DNA from: Hydrolagus affinis
Taxonomy: Eukaryota
Direction: 5' to 3'
DNA: 64,000 nt
NCBI GenBank assembly: GCA_012026655.1
Contig: JAAILG010001241.1
Coordinates: 1-64,000 of the forward strand
The first letter of the stretch is position 1, and each line of letters opens with the position of its first letter. Position numbers and translations under genes: made by a program. A model generated the notes under the pieces. It saw nothing but the letters and a program-made list of their open reading frames with translations. It did no database searches and was not told where the DNA came from. Positions 26,379 to 38,224 of the stretch are shown here, piece after piece.

Positions 26379-27967
26379 GTAAGACTCCATCTTGTCTTGT
26401 ACTAAAAATAACTGAGTGATTTTCTAATTGACTAACCAGAAACATTTCTGTGCTGCGTAATTGACAATTTTCAGAGTCCTGAAAGTCCTCCTCTTTCATA
26501 TACTAGTTATTTTCTTCCCCGCGTCTCTAAAGTGTACTCGTTGCATTGATTTTCTTTGTTTCAGAATTTCCTCCAATAACCTTTTGTTCCTTAGTCCTAA
26601 GTGTGGGATTTTGTTCTGAACGAAGCACGTCTTGAACAATATTTGTAGAGATTGAGGTTCAGATTGCATTTAGTTATTTTTCATTGTTTTATTTACAGCC
26701 TTTGCAAGTATTGCAAATCAAGAGTAATGCAAATGTTTAAGAAATGCCGAGAGGCTGCAAATAAATAACTCCATTGATTGCAGTTACAAAAGCAGCTGTT
26801 AAAAATCAGGTTGTACTTAATTTGAGAATTGTTATAAGACATTTATTTTTGATGAACGGCACTAGGAGCTTGGAATCCAGCACTCTCATGCCTGTTAGTA
26901 ACTCCAGAGCACAATTGTATCATACAGAGCCAGAAGATCAACCAACGTTGATTTAATATGAATAGTGTTTATTCGAAATGGTAAATCAATTTATATTCCT
27001 CCGCGCGTGTGTATGTCAGTATATCTTTTTTATTGATCAAGTGTTCTTCCATTTTAACTTCACCAGTTCTCAGTGGTTTATATTTGGTGTGCTCCAGTAA
27101 TGCTCATTTGTTACTGTGATACTAAATTCTCATACAGTTTTGAGTATGAAAAATATGCATAAACACAGTTATAAAATTTCTACTGAATGCAATTAATAAA
27201 CACTTGATTTAATAAACATTTCAAGCACTTTGTTTTTTTAGAGAGGTTTTGAAATTTCAGCATTGAGAGCCATTTACTGTTGGGTTATGGAAATGCAATG
27301 TGCCAGGTCTAAAGTAGAATTGGAAATGTTGTAGAGAATAGTTTCCACTTTTGGTATTGTTGCTCAGATATTTGATCTTCTGAGGCTCCATTGGCCTGGT
27401 ATTCACAGAAATATTCTGAGAGGCTGGAGGGCAATGCATACAGAATGGTAATACAGGTGTTAATCAACATTTTCACACTTGGCATTATCCATGCCAGCCA
27501 GGCATGCTGTTTAAACTGTGACGAGATAATGTTCCAGATTTTTCCCAGTAGGGAGGGAAATCTGAGGGACAAATGATGGACTGTGTTTTTCATTTAATCC
27601 CTGATCATTGCTTGATGTGGGGAGCGAAAAGACAGCAAGAAAATGAATTTGATTTATTTTTCTAAAAAGGGGTATAAAATGCTATGTTAAATCCACATCT
27701 GGATTTATTTTGTGAAACCCATCAGTCAAGTGGCTTGCTATTTTTTAACTGTCAACTTGTGCAAAGTCTTATTATTATTAATAGACTATTTGAGGTATAG
27801 AGGACAATTGGTACCGGCAGTACTTCTGAATAGCACCTCACGTGCCTTCAAGAGGAGTTTATATATTAAAAAAATCTATGCTATTCAAATAGATTGCCCA
27901 AAACAACAGTCTGTTAGTTTCTCCTTCCCACATTGCAGCATATTGTTAACCTACACATTTCATGCAA

Positions 27968-28161
27968 CAATAATAATCCGTTCAAAAAACTATAATAAAT
28001 CCAGGACTGTTTGTGGGACACTGCTGTGCGCAATTGGCTGCCAGGTTTCGCCCACAAATATCCAGTCAATTCACTTTACAGTACATTCTGTGAAGTGCTT
28101 TGGGACATCTAGAAGACGTGAAAAGCGCTATACTGTATCAAATGCAAGGATTATTATTATA
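27968..28161 (+). mobile_element. SINE family A 3' two-thirds, carrying a 5-bp footprint insertion
   Basis: Very close to the other copies except for an extra ctgta at 28133-28137. Confidence 0.9.
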
Positions 28162-29036
28162 ACATTGTCTGATCGGACTGAGTCCGTGGGAGAGGGCATG
28201 ACTCATCCCTAATTCCTGGAACCCAATTTCTGGAACCCTGGGCACAATATGTGGTTACAATGCCAGTCATGAAGATCTATAATCTGATTGTGCTGCCTCA
28301 GCATCAACTTTCTCTCTGACAATAATTGTTGCTTACACTCTTGGAGAAATCTAAAATGGTCCCCTCTCCTGTGTAAAGTAGTTGGAGAGAGTGTTGGATT
28401 AGTTACTTGGAGTTACATCGATACAGCATTGAAACGGGTGATTTGGTCCAACTAGTCTGTACCTGTCTTTTGTACTCCACGGGAGTTTCCCTCAATTGCA
28501 AAAGATCGAAACTGGGCCCATTTAAGTTATCAGAAAGTGCATGACTATGTCTCACTGGCAATCTGCGTCATAAAGTAACCTGCAGAATGTGCTCAGATAT
28601 TTACAGGATAACTCGTTCATGTGTTATGCTGAGTTGACTATCGTGATGTACTGCAAATGGAAGAAGAAAATATACAGGTGGAAGTGGCTAATGTGACTTA
28701 AGTTGCCCAACTAGTGAACTCGCTTCTGTGCAAACATTTGACAGGATATGCTAAAAATGTTGTTAACCAGGTGTTGTTTTGAAACCTTGGCTGTATCCTG
28801 TGTTTGTTCTTCACGCATACATACGATCTTTCAGGGCTGAAACCTGGATTGTCCATGCTGCCAACAGTGTGATAGTTTTACTCCATGCTCTCAAACCAGG
28901 GCCATTACAGTGATGCTGCAAACCGATTCCAATTAAAATGTTGCCTTTAATCATTGCCAATTATTTATTTGAGGCATTGGTCTGATTTCTAAAGTGGGCA
29001 GTTTACACTGTCAGTGTTAAGAGAAAACCTTTGCTT

Positions 29037-29056
29037 TTCTGCCATCTAGTGGCCAC
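29037..29056 (-). promoter_or_regulatory. CTCF motif match
   Basis: Minus strand reads gtggCCACTAGATGGCAGaa, matching the CTCF core CCACYAGRKGGCRS; binding not shown. Confidence 0.55.
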
Positions 29057-30068
29057 AAGTCATAGTTGGGAAATTGATGTCCATACCCTCTCTGAAGCTA
29101 GACATCGAATTGACCAATTTTATCCTTCAGTTAATGTAATTTTCTCTTCTTTCTGAAATATATATTAAAACAGTTATTTTGTATTAGTAACTGTCTCAGT
29201 CTGACCTAATAGAATTTACTATATTCGCGCTGTACTAACTACTGTACTTTCACATAGTTTTAGATTGTCTTGTCTGTTTTCAGAAACGTTTCACTAGTAT
29301 TTTTAAGCAAGCATGCAACCCATTGACTAGTATTTCAAATTATATGTACAGCATTAAATTTGAGGATGGGCAGCTTCTCTGCCGGGCGCAGGTTGGCTGA
29401 TTTAACAGATTCATTCTTTCTTAAACGGTGGTGGTGCTGGTTGCAGTGAATTCTGTCCTGCATACTAAACCATGTGGTTTCTGCAGTACTGAAACTCTTC
29501 ACCACGTAAGTGTGTCCCATTAGGGTAGTCCATCCAATCTGTTTTCACACCAATTTCTTCTGCGCCGTAATTGTTTTAGTGTGAAAATCACAATCTCCAC
29601 TTGACTTTCTGTAATTAATGGACTTGCAATCATTTCGATGTTCTAACCTTGGCAATGCTGGAATTAAAAGTATAATTTGCTTGGGAGCCCTGGTGACTGC
29701 AAATGGTTCTTTAGTGTGGGCGTGCAGTACAGTTGAACTAAATGGTGAGTTGTAGAGTACAGTATGTTTCTTTAATTATTACGTCCAGTGAGATTTTAGG
29801 CTGCTGGTTTTGCTAAGGCAAACTTGCTGTAAATCATGGCCTTATTGTTTTGAACATTTCCGCAATGATGCTGTTTATCACGTTGAACTTTTTAAAAATT
29901 CTAATCTGTTACTCCCTTGTGTGAAGGAGCTATTTAAGATTGCTGGAGGAAACATAGAAGTATAAACATTTCACCTGCTGTCTAATAGACTGGAGGGAGA
30001 TTAACGTAGGCTGCTTGTTCTAACAAATTTCCCTGTTTTTTCCCTCCTTTGCTTTCCTTGGAAAATAG

Positions 30069-30095
30069 GACACGGCAAAAATGCATGACTCAGAG
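30069..30095 (+). CDS. git1: GIT1 27-nt microexon (exon 9, cassette)
   Basis: aaatag|GACACGGCAAAAATGCATGACTCAGAG|gtatct; phase 2-2; encodes (R)TRQKCMTQ(S), matching the human 9-aa insert RSRQKCMSQ as recalled. Confidence 0.93.
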
Positions 30096-30342
30096 GTATC
30101 TTTTTATTTGGCTCTTCCATTTATATACAGATTCAGCCAGCACGCTCTGAATTGTACACTGTTTCTTGCCTGTATTATGTTGCTTGCAGTGTGCACAATC
30201 ATCCTAAGAGGCCCATTGGAAACACTTGACTATATCGTTCGAATGTTAATATCTAAAGGGGTTTAATTAAATGGATAATCTGGATGTTGTAGTGCATGTG
30301 TATTCACCCTCTTACCATTTTCTAATGGGAATTCAGTGTTAA

Positions 30343-30773
30343 GGGTGTCAGCCTGGCTCAGTTGGTAGTCCTCACAACCCAGAAGGTTGTGGGTTCAAGC
30401 CCCACATCAGGACTTTAAGCTCATTTTCTATACATGCACTCCAATGTGATGTTGTGTATATGCTGCATTGCCAGTGGTTTCGCCTTCATGCGAGATGTTA
30501 AACCAAAGTCACGTCTGTTCAGGTGGATGTTAAACATCCCATGGCAATCCTCAAAAGGGATTAAAGTTTCTCCTTATGGACTGGCTCAACAATCCCCTGA
30601 TTAAAATTGTTCATTCACTTCATGCCAATCTGTGGAGTTTGTGAGACATTGCTGTGCATAAATTGGCACTGTGTTTGCCTGCAAAATATAGTCACTGCAC
30701 TCTACAGTAAATCAGTCATGTGAAGCAACTTGAGCCTTTTAAATAATTTAATAATATATCAAATGTAAGTATT
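30343..30773 (+). mobile_element. Full-length DeuSINE-type element (family B, older)
   Basis: tRNA head gcctggctcagttggtag...gggttcaagccc; Deu core gagatgttaaacc...caggtggatgttaaacatcccatggca; 3' gctgtgcataaattgg; L2-like tail. Confidence 0.8.
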
Positions 30774-31735
30774 GTTAACCACTTGAGACTTCTATATGGA
30801 GGGTGCTATGCAAATAAGTAATTGTTTGAATCTAAAGTAAGATTTTGTAGTGCGTTTGTCTTTTTCCTAAAATGTTCCAAGAAGCTGGTGGGAAAAAATG
30901 ATTGGAGTTGATTTAAAAAAAAAAGCTTGCTGCATTATGGTGGCAATTTTGCTTCATGATCTTTCATTTAACAAAGTTTGGTTAAGAACAACAAATTCCA
31001 TATACAGAGTCTCATGTTAGGAGGCTGTCCCAAGTCTCTGGTCAGTCATTGTACCCAAGTTGGGTGTTGGATTTGAGAGTGGTGGGGGAGAGGGAAGATG
31101 ATCAAAGAAGGTCTCTTGGGGGACCTTGAAGAGGTTATGTAAAGGGTCTCCAAGATGGAGTTCTAGAGTGGGGGCAGAAACGCTGAAGGCTTTACGTTTA
31201 ACAGGCCTCATCCTACTTCTGACCTAAAACCTTACCAACCTGCCTACACCGTGCGTGATGTAAGTCACTCAAGTCACTCAATTTAATATGCATTTTGCAG
31301 CCTTCTCTTTGCTGTGGAAAAGTGTCAGACTTCAGTGCACATTTTACATCAAATGGATTAACACAGACACATTTTTCCAGCCATTTTTTTTTGCCACCTG
31401 TGAGTTTGGATGTTCTCCTGATCTGTAGATGTGGTAGAGTGTTTAATAGATTTAATTTCAGCACTATGGATCACTGTAGTGCATTTGTTTTGTGGATAGT
31501 CAGTCTACAGCAGTAATCGTGTACTTTGTTCGTAATTCTGACTTTGTTTTAACACCAGCTGTGTATTCAGAATTCCTGTACTTTCAAATCTTTGAATATA
31601 TTTTTGCCATGTTCCATATCTGAACACAGTGAAGAAAGGCAGATTCTTCAGACCGTTTAGTCAGAGTTAATTTTTATAATAATGCATAATTTCATTACCT
31701 GGTGCCTGAGTTATTGTCTTTATGTTTTCCTTCAG

Positions 31736-31787
31736 TAGCTTGGACTTGTCAGAACTCGCTAAGGCTGCCAAAAAGAAACTTCAAGCA
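31736..31787 (+). CDS. git1: GIT1 coding exon 10 (tandem acceptor; alternative start 31739)
   Basis: ttcag|TAG|CTTGGAC...CAAGCA|gtaagt; (S)SLDLSELAKAAKKKLQA. Confidence 0.95.
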
Positions 31788-32324
31788 GTAAGTTACGAGT
31801 AAACAATACTTCCGTACTATGAATCAGCTGTTGAACTATTTTTTCTTTGCATAAATATTGTGCAGATTAAAATGTCTTATATATGATGGAGGAAATGTTT
31901 CAATTTTTTTATCCATCGAATTAGTCCAGCAGTAATTGCAGTAACGGTTTAATACTTAGAAATTAAATATAACATGTAACTGAAGAATATTTGTGATCCA
32001 TTCAAATGTCCATTGTGCTTCTGTGTTCTTTGGCAGTGAGTATCAGCAGGTACCTTAATTGTAGAGAATATCACAGGGAGCCTGACTTCTGCCCACTCAG
32101 CTGCCACCTTCACACACAAGTAAAGGGCATTGAAGAAGGTCCCAAGAACAAACGGCGGGTTGATTTTCTCCTCCCAACAGGAGGAAAGCCGAGGAACTTT
32201 AGCTTCCTCGTGCAGCCCTGGATTCAAACCAAAGAGATCCTGTAGTAGGCTTAAAAAAGTTCCAATGCTATAAATAGGAATTTAAGAGTCAAGCCTTTAG
32301 TCATCCTTCTATCGCTATTCTCCC

Positions 32325-32417
32325 CCACCCCAGCTTGGTTGTGGATACCTGACTGCTCAGCGCCTTAGGACGTCCTCCTGACATGAAACGCAGTATACAA
32401 TTATAATTTGTTGTTGA
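32325..32417 (+). mobile_element. L2-type 3' tail fragment
   Basis: cagcgccttaggacgtcctcctgacatgaaacgcagtatacaattataatttgttgttg. Confidence 0.7.
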
Positions 32418-32987
32418 TTCTTCAAGTCTTGAGCGTATAAAGAATAAAACTTGAGTGTAATGTTGGTATACCTTTTTTAAAAAAACTTTTGATAGATTGA
32501 CTTGTAATCTTGAACGCGTTTCTGAAATGTAATGAATGATAATGACAACTCTGCTTACATCAATCTCACTGGCATTTGCTAAATTTTGTTCATTGGTGAA
32601 GTGATTAATTTAGAAATTAATTGATTAACTGGATTACCATCTTCTGCTGGATATGAACTATGGACTATGATTTAATATTCAGAAGTAGAGGCTTATTTTA
32701 TGATTTAAAGGAATGATCATTCCTTTAAAATGGTAACTAAACAATTTGTATCTTTTTAATTAAGTTTGAGAATTGTGGAAAGGTTAGATTATTGCATGAT
32801 GTAATACATTTTCTTTCCTTGCACAGAGATAGAATATATTTTCAAGTTTAGTATATTTGAATCTGCATTCCATCCAATGACATGAATTCTAACTGACAAA
32901 AAAAAATGGGCTTGTAAGCTGCATTAGTGAGTTAGCTACACAAATGGTAGATTTGCCCATTAAGAGTTCTCCATGTTTTATGTGTAG

Positions 32988-33060
32988 CTGAACAACCGTC
33001 TTTTTGAAGAGCTTGCAATGGATGTTTACGATGAAGTTGACCGTCGTGAGAATGATGCAG
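32988..33060 (+). CDS. git1: GIT1 coding exon 11 (SHD repeat 1)
   Basis: tgtag|CTG...GCAG|gtatgt; 73 nt; LNNRLFEELAMDVYDEVDRRENDA. Confidence 0.97.
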
Positions 33061-33149
33061 GTATGTGTGTGTTTATTATAATCAAGAGCAATGGTACCTC
33101 AGTCTTTTAATTCAAAGCTAGCATTGGCATTTTGATGGAAGTGTAATTA

Positions 33150-33312
33150 ATAATAATCGTTGTATGATGTAGTGCCTTATCATTACTCTTGAGACTTCTT
33201 AAAGTACTTCATAGTATAAAGTGAATTAACTTTTTTTGGGGGGGGGCGAAATATGCCAGCCAATTGCACACAGCAGTGCCCCACAAACAGTTGTGGATTG
33301 AGTGATCAAAAT
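33150..33312 (-). mobile_element. SINE family A 3' part
   Basis: cagccaattgcacacagcagtgccccacaaacagttgtggattgagtga. Confidence 0.8.
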
Positions 33313-33715
33313 GCCCTTCCTTGGAGTGTAAATTCATGTTTTAAATTACGTTCCATTAATTCCATGTGTTCTGATGTTTGATGATTTAAACAATAACCAT
33401 TGAATGATTTAGAAATCTTTTTACCAGTTTCGTGGCAAGCCCTAGTGAATTCTTCAAAGCAATACAGCCCGTTTCCATTTCTCTCAAAGACTCAGTGGAA
33501 TTGTTTTGTTTCAACCTTATATATTCAATGATTTTTGTTTTGGAGGTGGGTGGGGTTAAAAGTTGAAACTCCATGATACAGTGGGTTAGCACACTAACCA
33601 TACAAATCTGTGGCCTATATTCATATTCAGCAGAGGATGATGAAATGAAAGTCTCTTCTCCCTTGACATAAGCTAAGAAGAGGGGGGCATGGTTGTATCT
33701 ATCAGTCTCAATTAA

Positions 33716-34716
33716 GAGTGGGAAGTACAATTCTCTGCTCAACAAACCTAAAATTGTTAAGTTGATTTCCACTGGGAACAATATTGCCATTTCCATGGGA
33801 AAAAAAAGAACCAGATGTTAAGTATAAGGAATGGTTTTCATCGGTCAATGCACAGTACTTGAGTATTGCAATGATATAGCCACAAACAGCTCACCATGGA
33901 GTACTTAATTATTGACAGTGTTTATGAGAGACCCTAAGGATAACTGTTATGTGACATGGAAAAGTTATATTAATGCACTAGGGGGTGCTGGTCTGAAAGT
34001 GTTATTCAAACAGATTGATGTGAAGTATAATGACTTATCCTGCATCTGGCCATTTTAAGTGAACCTGAAGCTGAGGGTTGGAACTAATGTCACGTATTTG
34101 AGTGCGATAAAACTGTTTTATTTGAAGTTAGTAACTTTAAGCAGTGCATGTTTCATGCCCCAATTTAATCACTCTGACGGTGATTAGTGATGGCCTAATT
34201 TGTAGTATTTTAACAGAATTTAAAGTCACCCATGTGGGGATTCCTTTCCTGCAACTGTTGAATAATGCCATTATGAAGTATTGCCAACTACACATCATGT
34301 ATTTTGCCCCACATTATGGTATGTACAGTGCCTAAGTTTGGGAAGATGAGAGAGCAGATCTTGAACTGTACCATATTTTGGCATTTTACTCTGTTTCAGC
34401 TTTCAAACTTCTATTCAATATTGGCAGAAGTGCAGCCCTGTTAAGCATATGCTAAAGTCCTTACAAGAGATTAGAGGAATTGGTAAATCTATATTAACCT
34501 ATATTTAACAATAACTAAACTAAAAATGCAGTTAGTACAGTATTCTGTATCACAGAACAAATTTTTGTGCAATATTTAAGTACTGTAGATTGAAATGTTC
34601 CTTATATGCAACATCTGGTTCTATTTTTTTCCATTGAAATGGTGGTATTGTTCCCAGTGGAAATCAGCTTAACTATTTATTTTGGGTTTGTTGAGCAGGG
34701 AATTGTATTTCCACTC
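33716..34716. mobile_element. TTAA-flanked non-autonomous DNA transposon with about 115-bp TIRs (Kolobok-like)
   Basis: ttaa|gagtgggaagtacaattc...33831 is the reverse complement of 34598...gaattgtatttccactc|ttaa; purine-purine termini. Confidence 0.8.
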
Positions 34717-35203
34717 TTAAATACATTCATGAGGGTGGTTATGTTAGGAGCTGTTTCAGAATTAAGCTTTCAGTCCATTTCCATCACTATTTTGACTAAT
34801 ACATCAACCAGCGGAAGCAAAGCGGAACCTTCACTTTGAGTCAGCCTCTTGCCTTGGTGAGTCATAAGAACAGGAGTAGACCATTCACCCCTCAGGCTGT
34901 TTGACCACAGTAACGTTTTATTACAATTCGTAAATGAGATTAGTTATTCGAGTTTAATCATGCTTTCAGTAGGCATTAATGTGGCCCAAACATCCTGCCC
35001 AAAATCTAGCATCCACACAAATACACTGTCCAATATCACTGACATTCTTTTCTTTCCCCTCCTCCCCAATGACTTGAAAGATTTGACAATCTCATTTACT
35101 ATACATTGGGAATCAGACCATGGACTTTCTAGATTCGTATGGCCCAGTTTTACCATTGCAACTTTAGCAAGAGGACTAGATCTGATTGTCAAGATTTATA
35201 TTC

Positions 35204-35266
35204 AACAACAACAAAATTACATTTATGTAGTGCCTTTCACGTTGGGAGGATGTCCCAAGGCGCTGA
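35204..35266 (-). mobile_element. L2-type 3' tail fragment
   Basis: caacaacaacaaaattacatttatgtagtgcctttcacgttgggaggatgtcccaaggcgctg. Confidence 0.75.
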
Positions 35267-36322
35267 CGAGGTCTAGAAAGTATTCCATTGAAATATCAAT
35301 TAGTTGTCAATTTGACTTTCAGACCTGGTTCTTGAATTTCAGCAAGGCAGAGTGCACTTGCTAATCTGCAGAGCCCACAAGAACAGCTTTGAACTTCTTT
35401 TTGACTAAAAGACACAAAAATAGGAATTCAAGGATATATGACTGCTTCAGAAATGTATGAAGATGTAATGTCGCTATCCTTGCCCAATGGTCTTAACAAG
35501 TAGAAGAGCAGAGGGCTGGTGCCAAGATTCTGATCTTTACAGATATAAAATTCTGGTTGTCTTCCCTCGTTTAAAATCCTAACAAAATCAGACTAATTTA
35601 AATCGATAAATTAGATTGTTTCCTCTCACGGAAGCACAATTGTTTGGCTTGCAGTATTCTAAAAAGAAAATGAAAATTTAATAGGAACAAACTTTGGGTA
35701 TATAAATTACTGAACTAAAGGACGCACTTTAAAATCTTGTGAGCTAGCTATTTTGACCAAAAGAATCATTGCTATGCTGAAAAAGAACTCCCTTCCTCCC
35801 CACCAATGTGTGCTGCTATCCGCAAGAATCAATAACAGAGTTTTAGCCAGGAAGAATATTACAAGGACAGTGTATGATATTTGCAGCCAACAGGCTTTGC
35901 TTGACTGAAAACCTAGCCATTTTTGGTTGTATAACTTTCATCAGATTATCTGATGAGAATGAAGAACATGTGGGTAGTTAACTCAGCTTGTGGGAGAGGA
36001 GGGAGTGTCTATGAGGGAGTGGAAATGTATCTTGCTCGCAGTTCATGCTGTTTAGTTCTGCAGAAAGTGGATCGGTTTAAATACATTTTTGCAATCCATC
36101 AGCCAATTGGTTCTCTTGACATGTTTCCTAAACACATTAGCTGCAAGCTACCAGACAGGAAAAGGGATTTCATATCAAAGCTTATTCCAGCTAAGTAGTT
36201 CAGAGCAGGAGGTTCGAACAGTAGTAGATGTGTTACTTTGAAAGTGGCTTTGACTTGTGGTTCCAACAGTACATATGGAAACTGACATTGTCAGGTAAGA
36301 ATTGGGTTTAAATTCTTTTCAT

Positions 36323-36710
36323 GTGTCAGCCTGGCTCAGTGGTAGCACTCTCGCCTCTGAGTCAGGAGGCTGCGGGACCTGGAATCACATAATCTAAATT
36401 GACAATCCAATGCAGTGCTGGGGGAGTATTGGAGGTTCCGTCCTTCAAATGAGATGTTACCCCAAGGTTGGTTTTGTCTGTCTTTTGGGTGGATGTTAAA
36501 AGATCCCATTGTACTATTCAAACGAGAATGAAGTTTCTCCCGCTGTCCTGGCCAACAAATTGTCCAAATAAAGTTGGTCCATGGCTGTTTGCGGGTCAGT
36601 CCTGTGCACGACTAGCTGCCAGGTTTACACCCAAAATATGCAAACAGCTTTACACAAAAATCCTGTGAACGACATTATAAGGTGCTATGTTAAATGGAAG
36701 GGTTATTATT
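36323..36710 (+). mobile_element. Full-length DeuSINE-type element (family B)
   Basis: gtcagcctggctcagtggtagcactctcgcctctgagtcag head; Deu core gtggatgttaaaagatccca...gtcctggccaac; tail ending ttattatt. Confidence 0.85.
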
Positions 36711-38126
36711 AATTTAGTTCAATTAAATGGCTTCACAGCTATGTAAACACATTCTAGTCCATTTTAAGCCAAATTGTTGAGAGAGAATTGTTGCTCCAAT
36801 GTTAATTATGGCCTATGCAGCGTTCTCAGAGCATGAGTCATTTTGGCCTTGAATTGGAAGTCTTTGTTCGACATGATGATCTAATGACCACGGTTGCTTG
36901 ATGATTTCCTGAACAATTTAGTCTTCAGCCAGTTTTATAGAGCTGAATGGGTGGATATGCGATGTTGTGTAGGAGCTTGATTGGGAGAGTGGTGGGGAGG
37001 GGGGCGGGGGGGAGTGTGGAAAAATGAAGAGAGAAGGAGCGGCTAATTGTGGTTTGTGGTTTTTCTGAAGAAACCACTGGCACTGAATGCCACAGATGTT
37101 TTGAGCAGTGAAATGTTAATATTAAAGAAATAAACTATCACATGGAGAATTGGTAGAGGAAAACAAGTGGTCTATTTGCCAAAATATTCCACTCAGCAAA
37201 ATGGAAAGAGGAGAGGAAAGAGATTTGTGAAGGGAAAGTGGCCTGGGATGGGTAAATATACTATTTTTTGTTGGTTGTGTCTGGTGATCAAGGCATATCT
37301 ATACAGAAGTCCACAGTGGCATGGGTTTTGCACAATCTGGAGAAAGAGTGGTCTTGCGAGGTTGAATGTTATTTTCTTGTTTGATGCTTTAACTAAATGT
37401 TGTTAGATTTGCTAGTTCAACAAATCCAGGGTTTTCAGTTAATCTTTAAAAGCAAGGCTTTAAGAGAGGAGATAACCTGCACAAGAAGATCGATCTTGTT
37501 CACTTTTTATTTTATTCATCTTGGATGCTGCTTATTTCTTCAATTTAGTCCTATGAATGGCCAAATCAGAACAGCTGTACTATCAGCCAAAAAGTTCAGC
37601 AACAAGTGAATGCATCAATTTGAGGGGAATTGCATTGATTGGCATACAATCTGCATTGTATGTACAAAAAAGAATTTGACCTAGTTGTTAAATGTGCCCC
37701 AGATTTTTTAATTTGAGTTATCAAATGTTCAAAAAAAATTCTGTAGATATTTTTAATATATAGATAATGCATGCTCTGTCCTTTTTAAATATACAATCAC
37801 AAGGGTTGATTGTTCAACTTCCTTTGATTTTAATGAAAAATCTGTGCTTTGGATGTTCAAGCACAGTTGACTTGAACACATCTGTTTAAGATTAATTTAT
37901 TTACAGAGTTTAAATACCAGTGAAAAGCAATCCCTTGGCACCAACTGCTTGGCAATGTACCAGAGTGTAGGTCCTGAAAAACTGGATTTGTTTGGGAATG
38001 ATTTGTCCTGGTAACTATCTTTCCTTGTAGTTTAAGAAAAAGCTACACTTCCATGTAACAATTGTCAAATGATAGTATAACAGCAATGTTGTGCCCACTC
38101 ATGCTGCCATCTTGTTTTATTTACAG

Positions 38127-38224
38127 TGTGGCTGACGACTCAGAACCATAGCACTTTAGTGACTGAGCGGAGTGCTGTTCCCTTTCTTCCAGTGAACCCA
38201 GAATATTCTGCAACCAGAAACCAG
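38127..38224 (+). CDS. git1: GIT1 coding exon 12 (SHD)
   Basis: ttacag|TGTGG...AACCAG|gttcga; 98 nt; VWLTTQNHSTLVTERSAVPFLPVNPEYSATRNQ. Confidence 0.97.

Noticed and set aside
27712-28212. 166-aa ORF, the longest in the track, with similar peptides at 2643, 17459 and 40324
   Set aside because: The shared peptide (TVCGTLLCAIG...IQSIHFTV) is just the translated SINE body.
29284-29510. Possible cryptic exon (ttttcag acceptor at 29283; cac|gtaagt donor near 29505)
   Set aside because: No GIT-like peptide and no supporting evidence; such signal pairs are common by chance.
33386-34839. Two ORFs with similar N-termini (LFPVEI.LTI) as duplicated genes
   Set aside because: Explained by the terminal inverted repeats of the 33716-34716 element.
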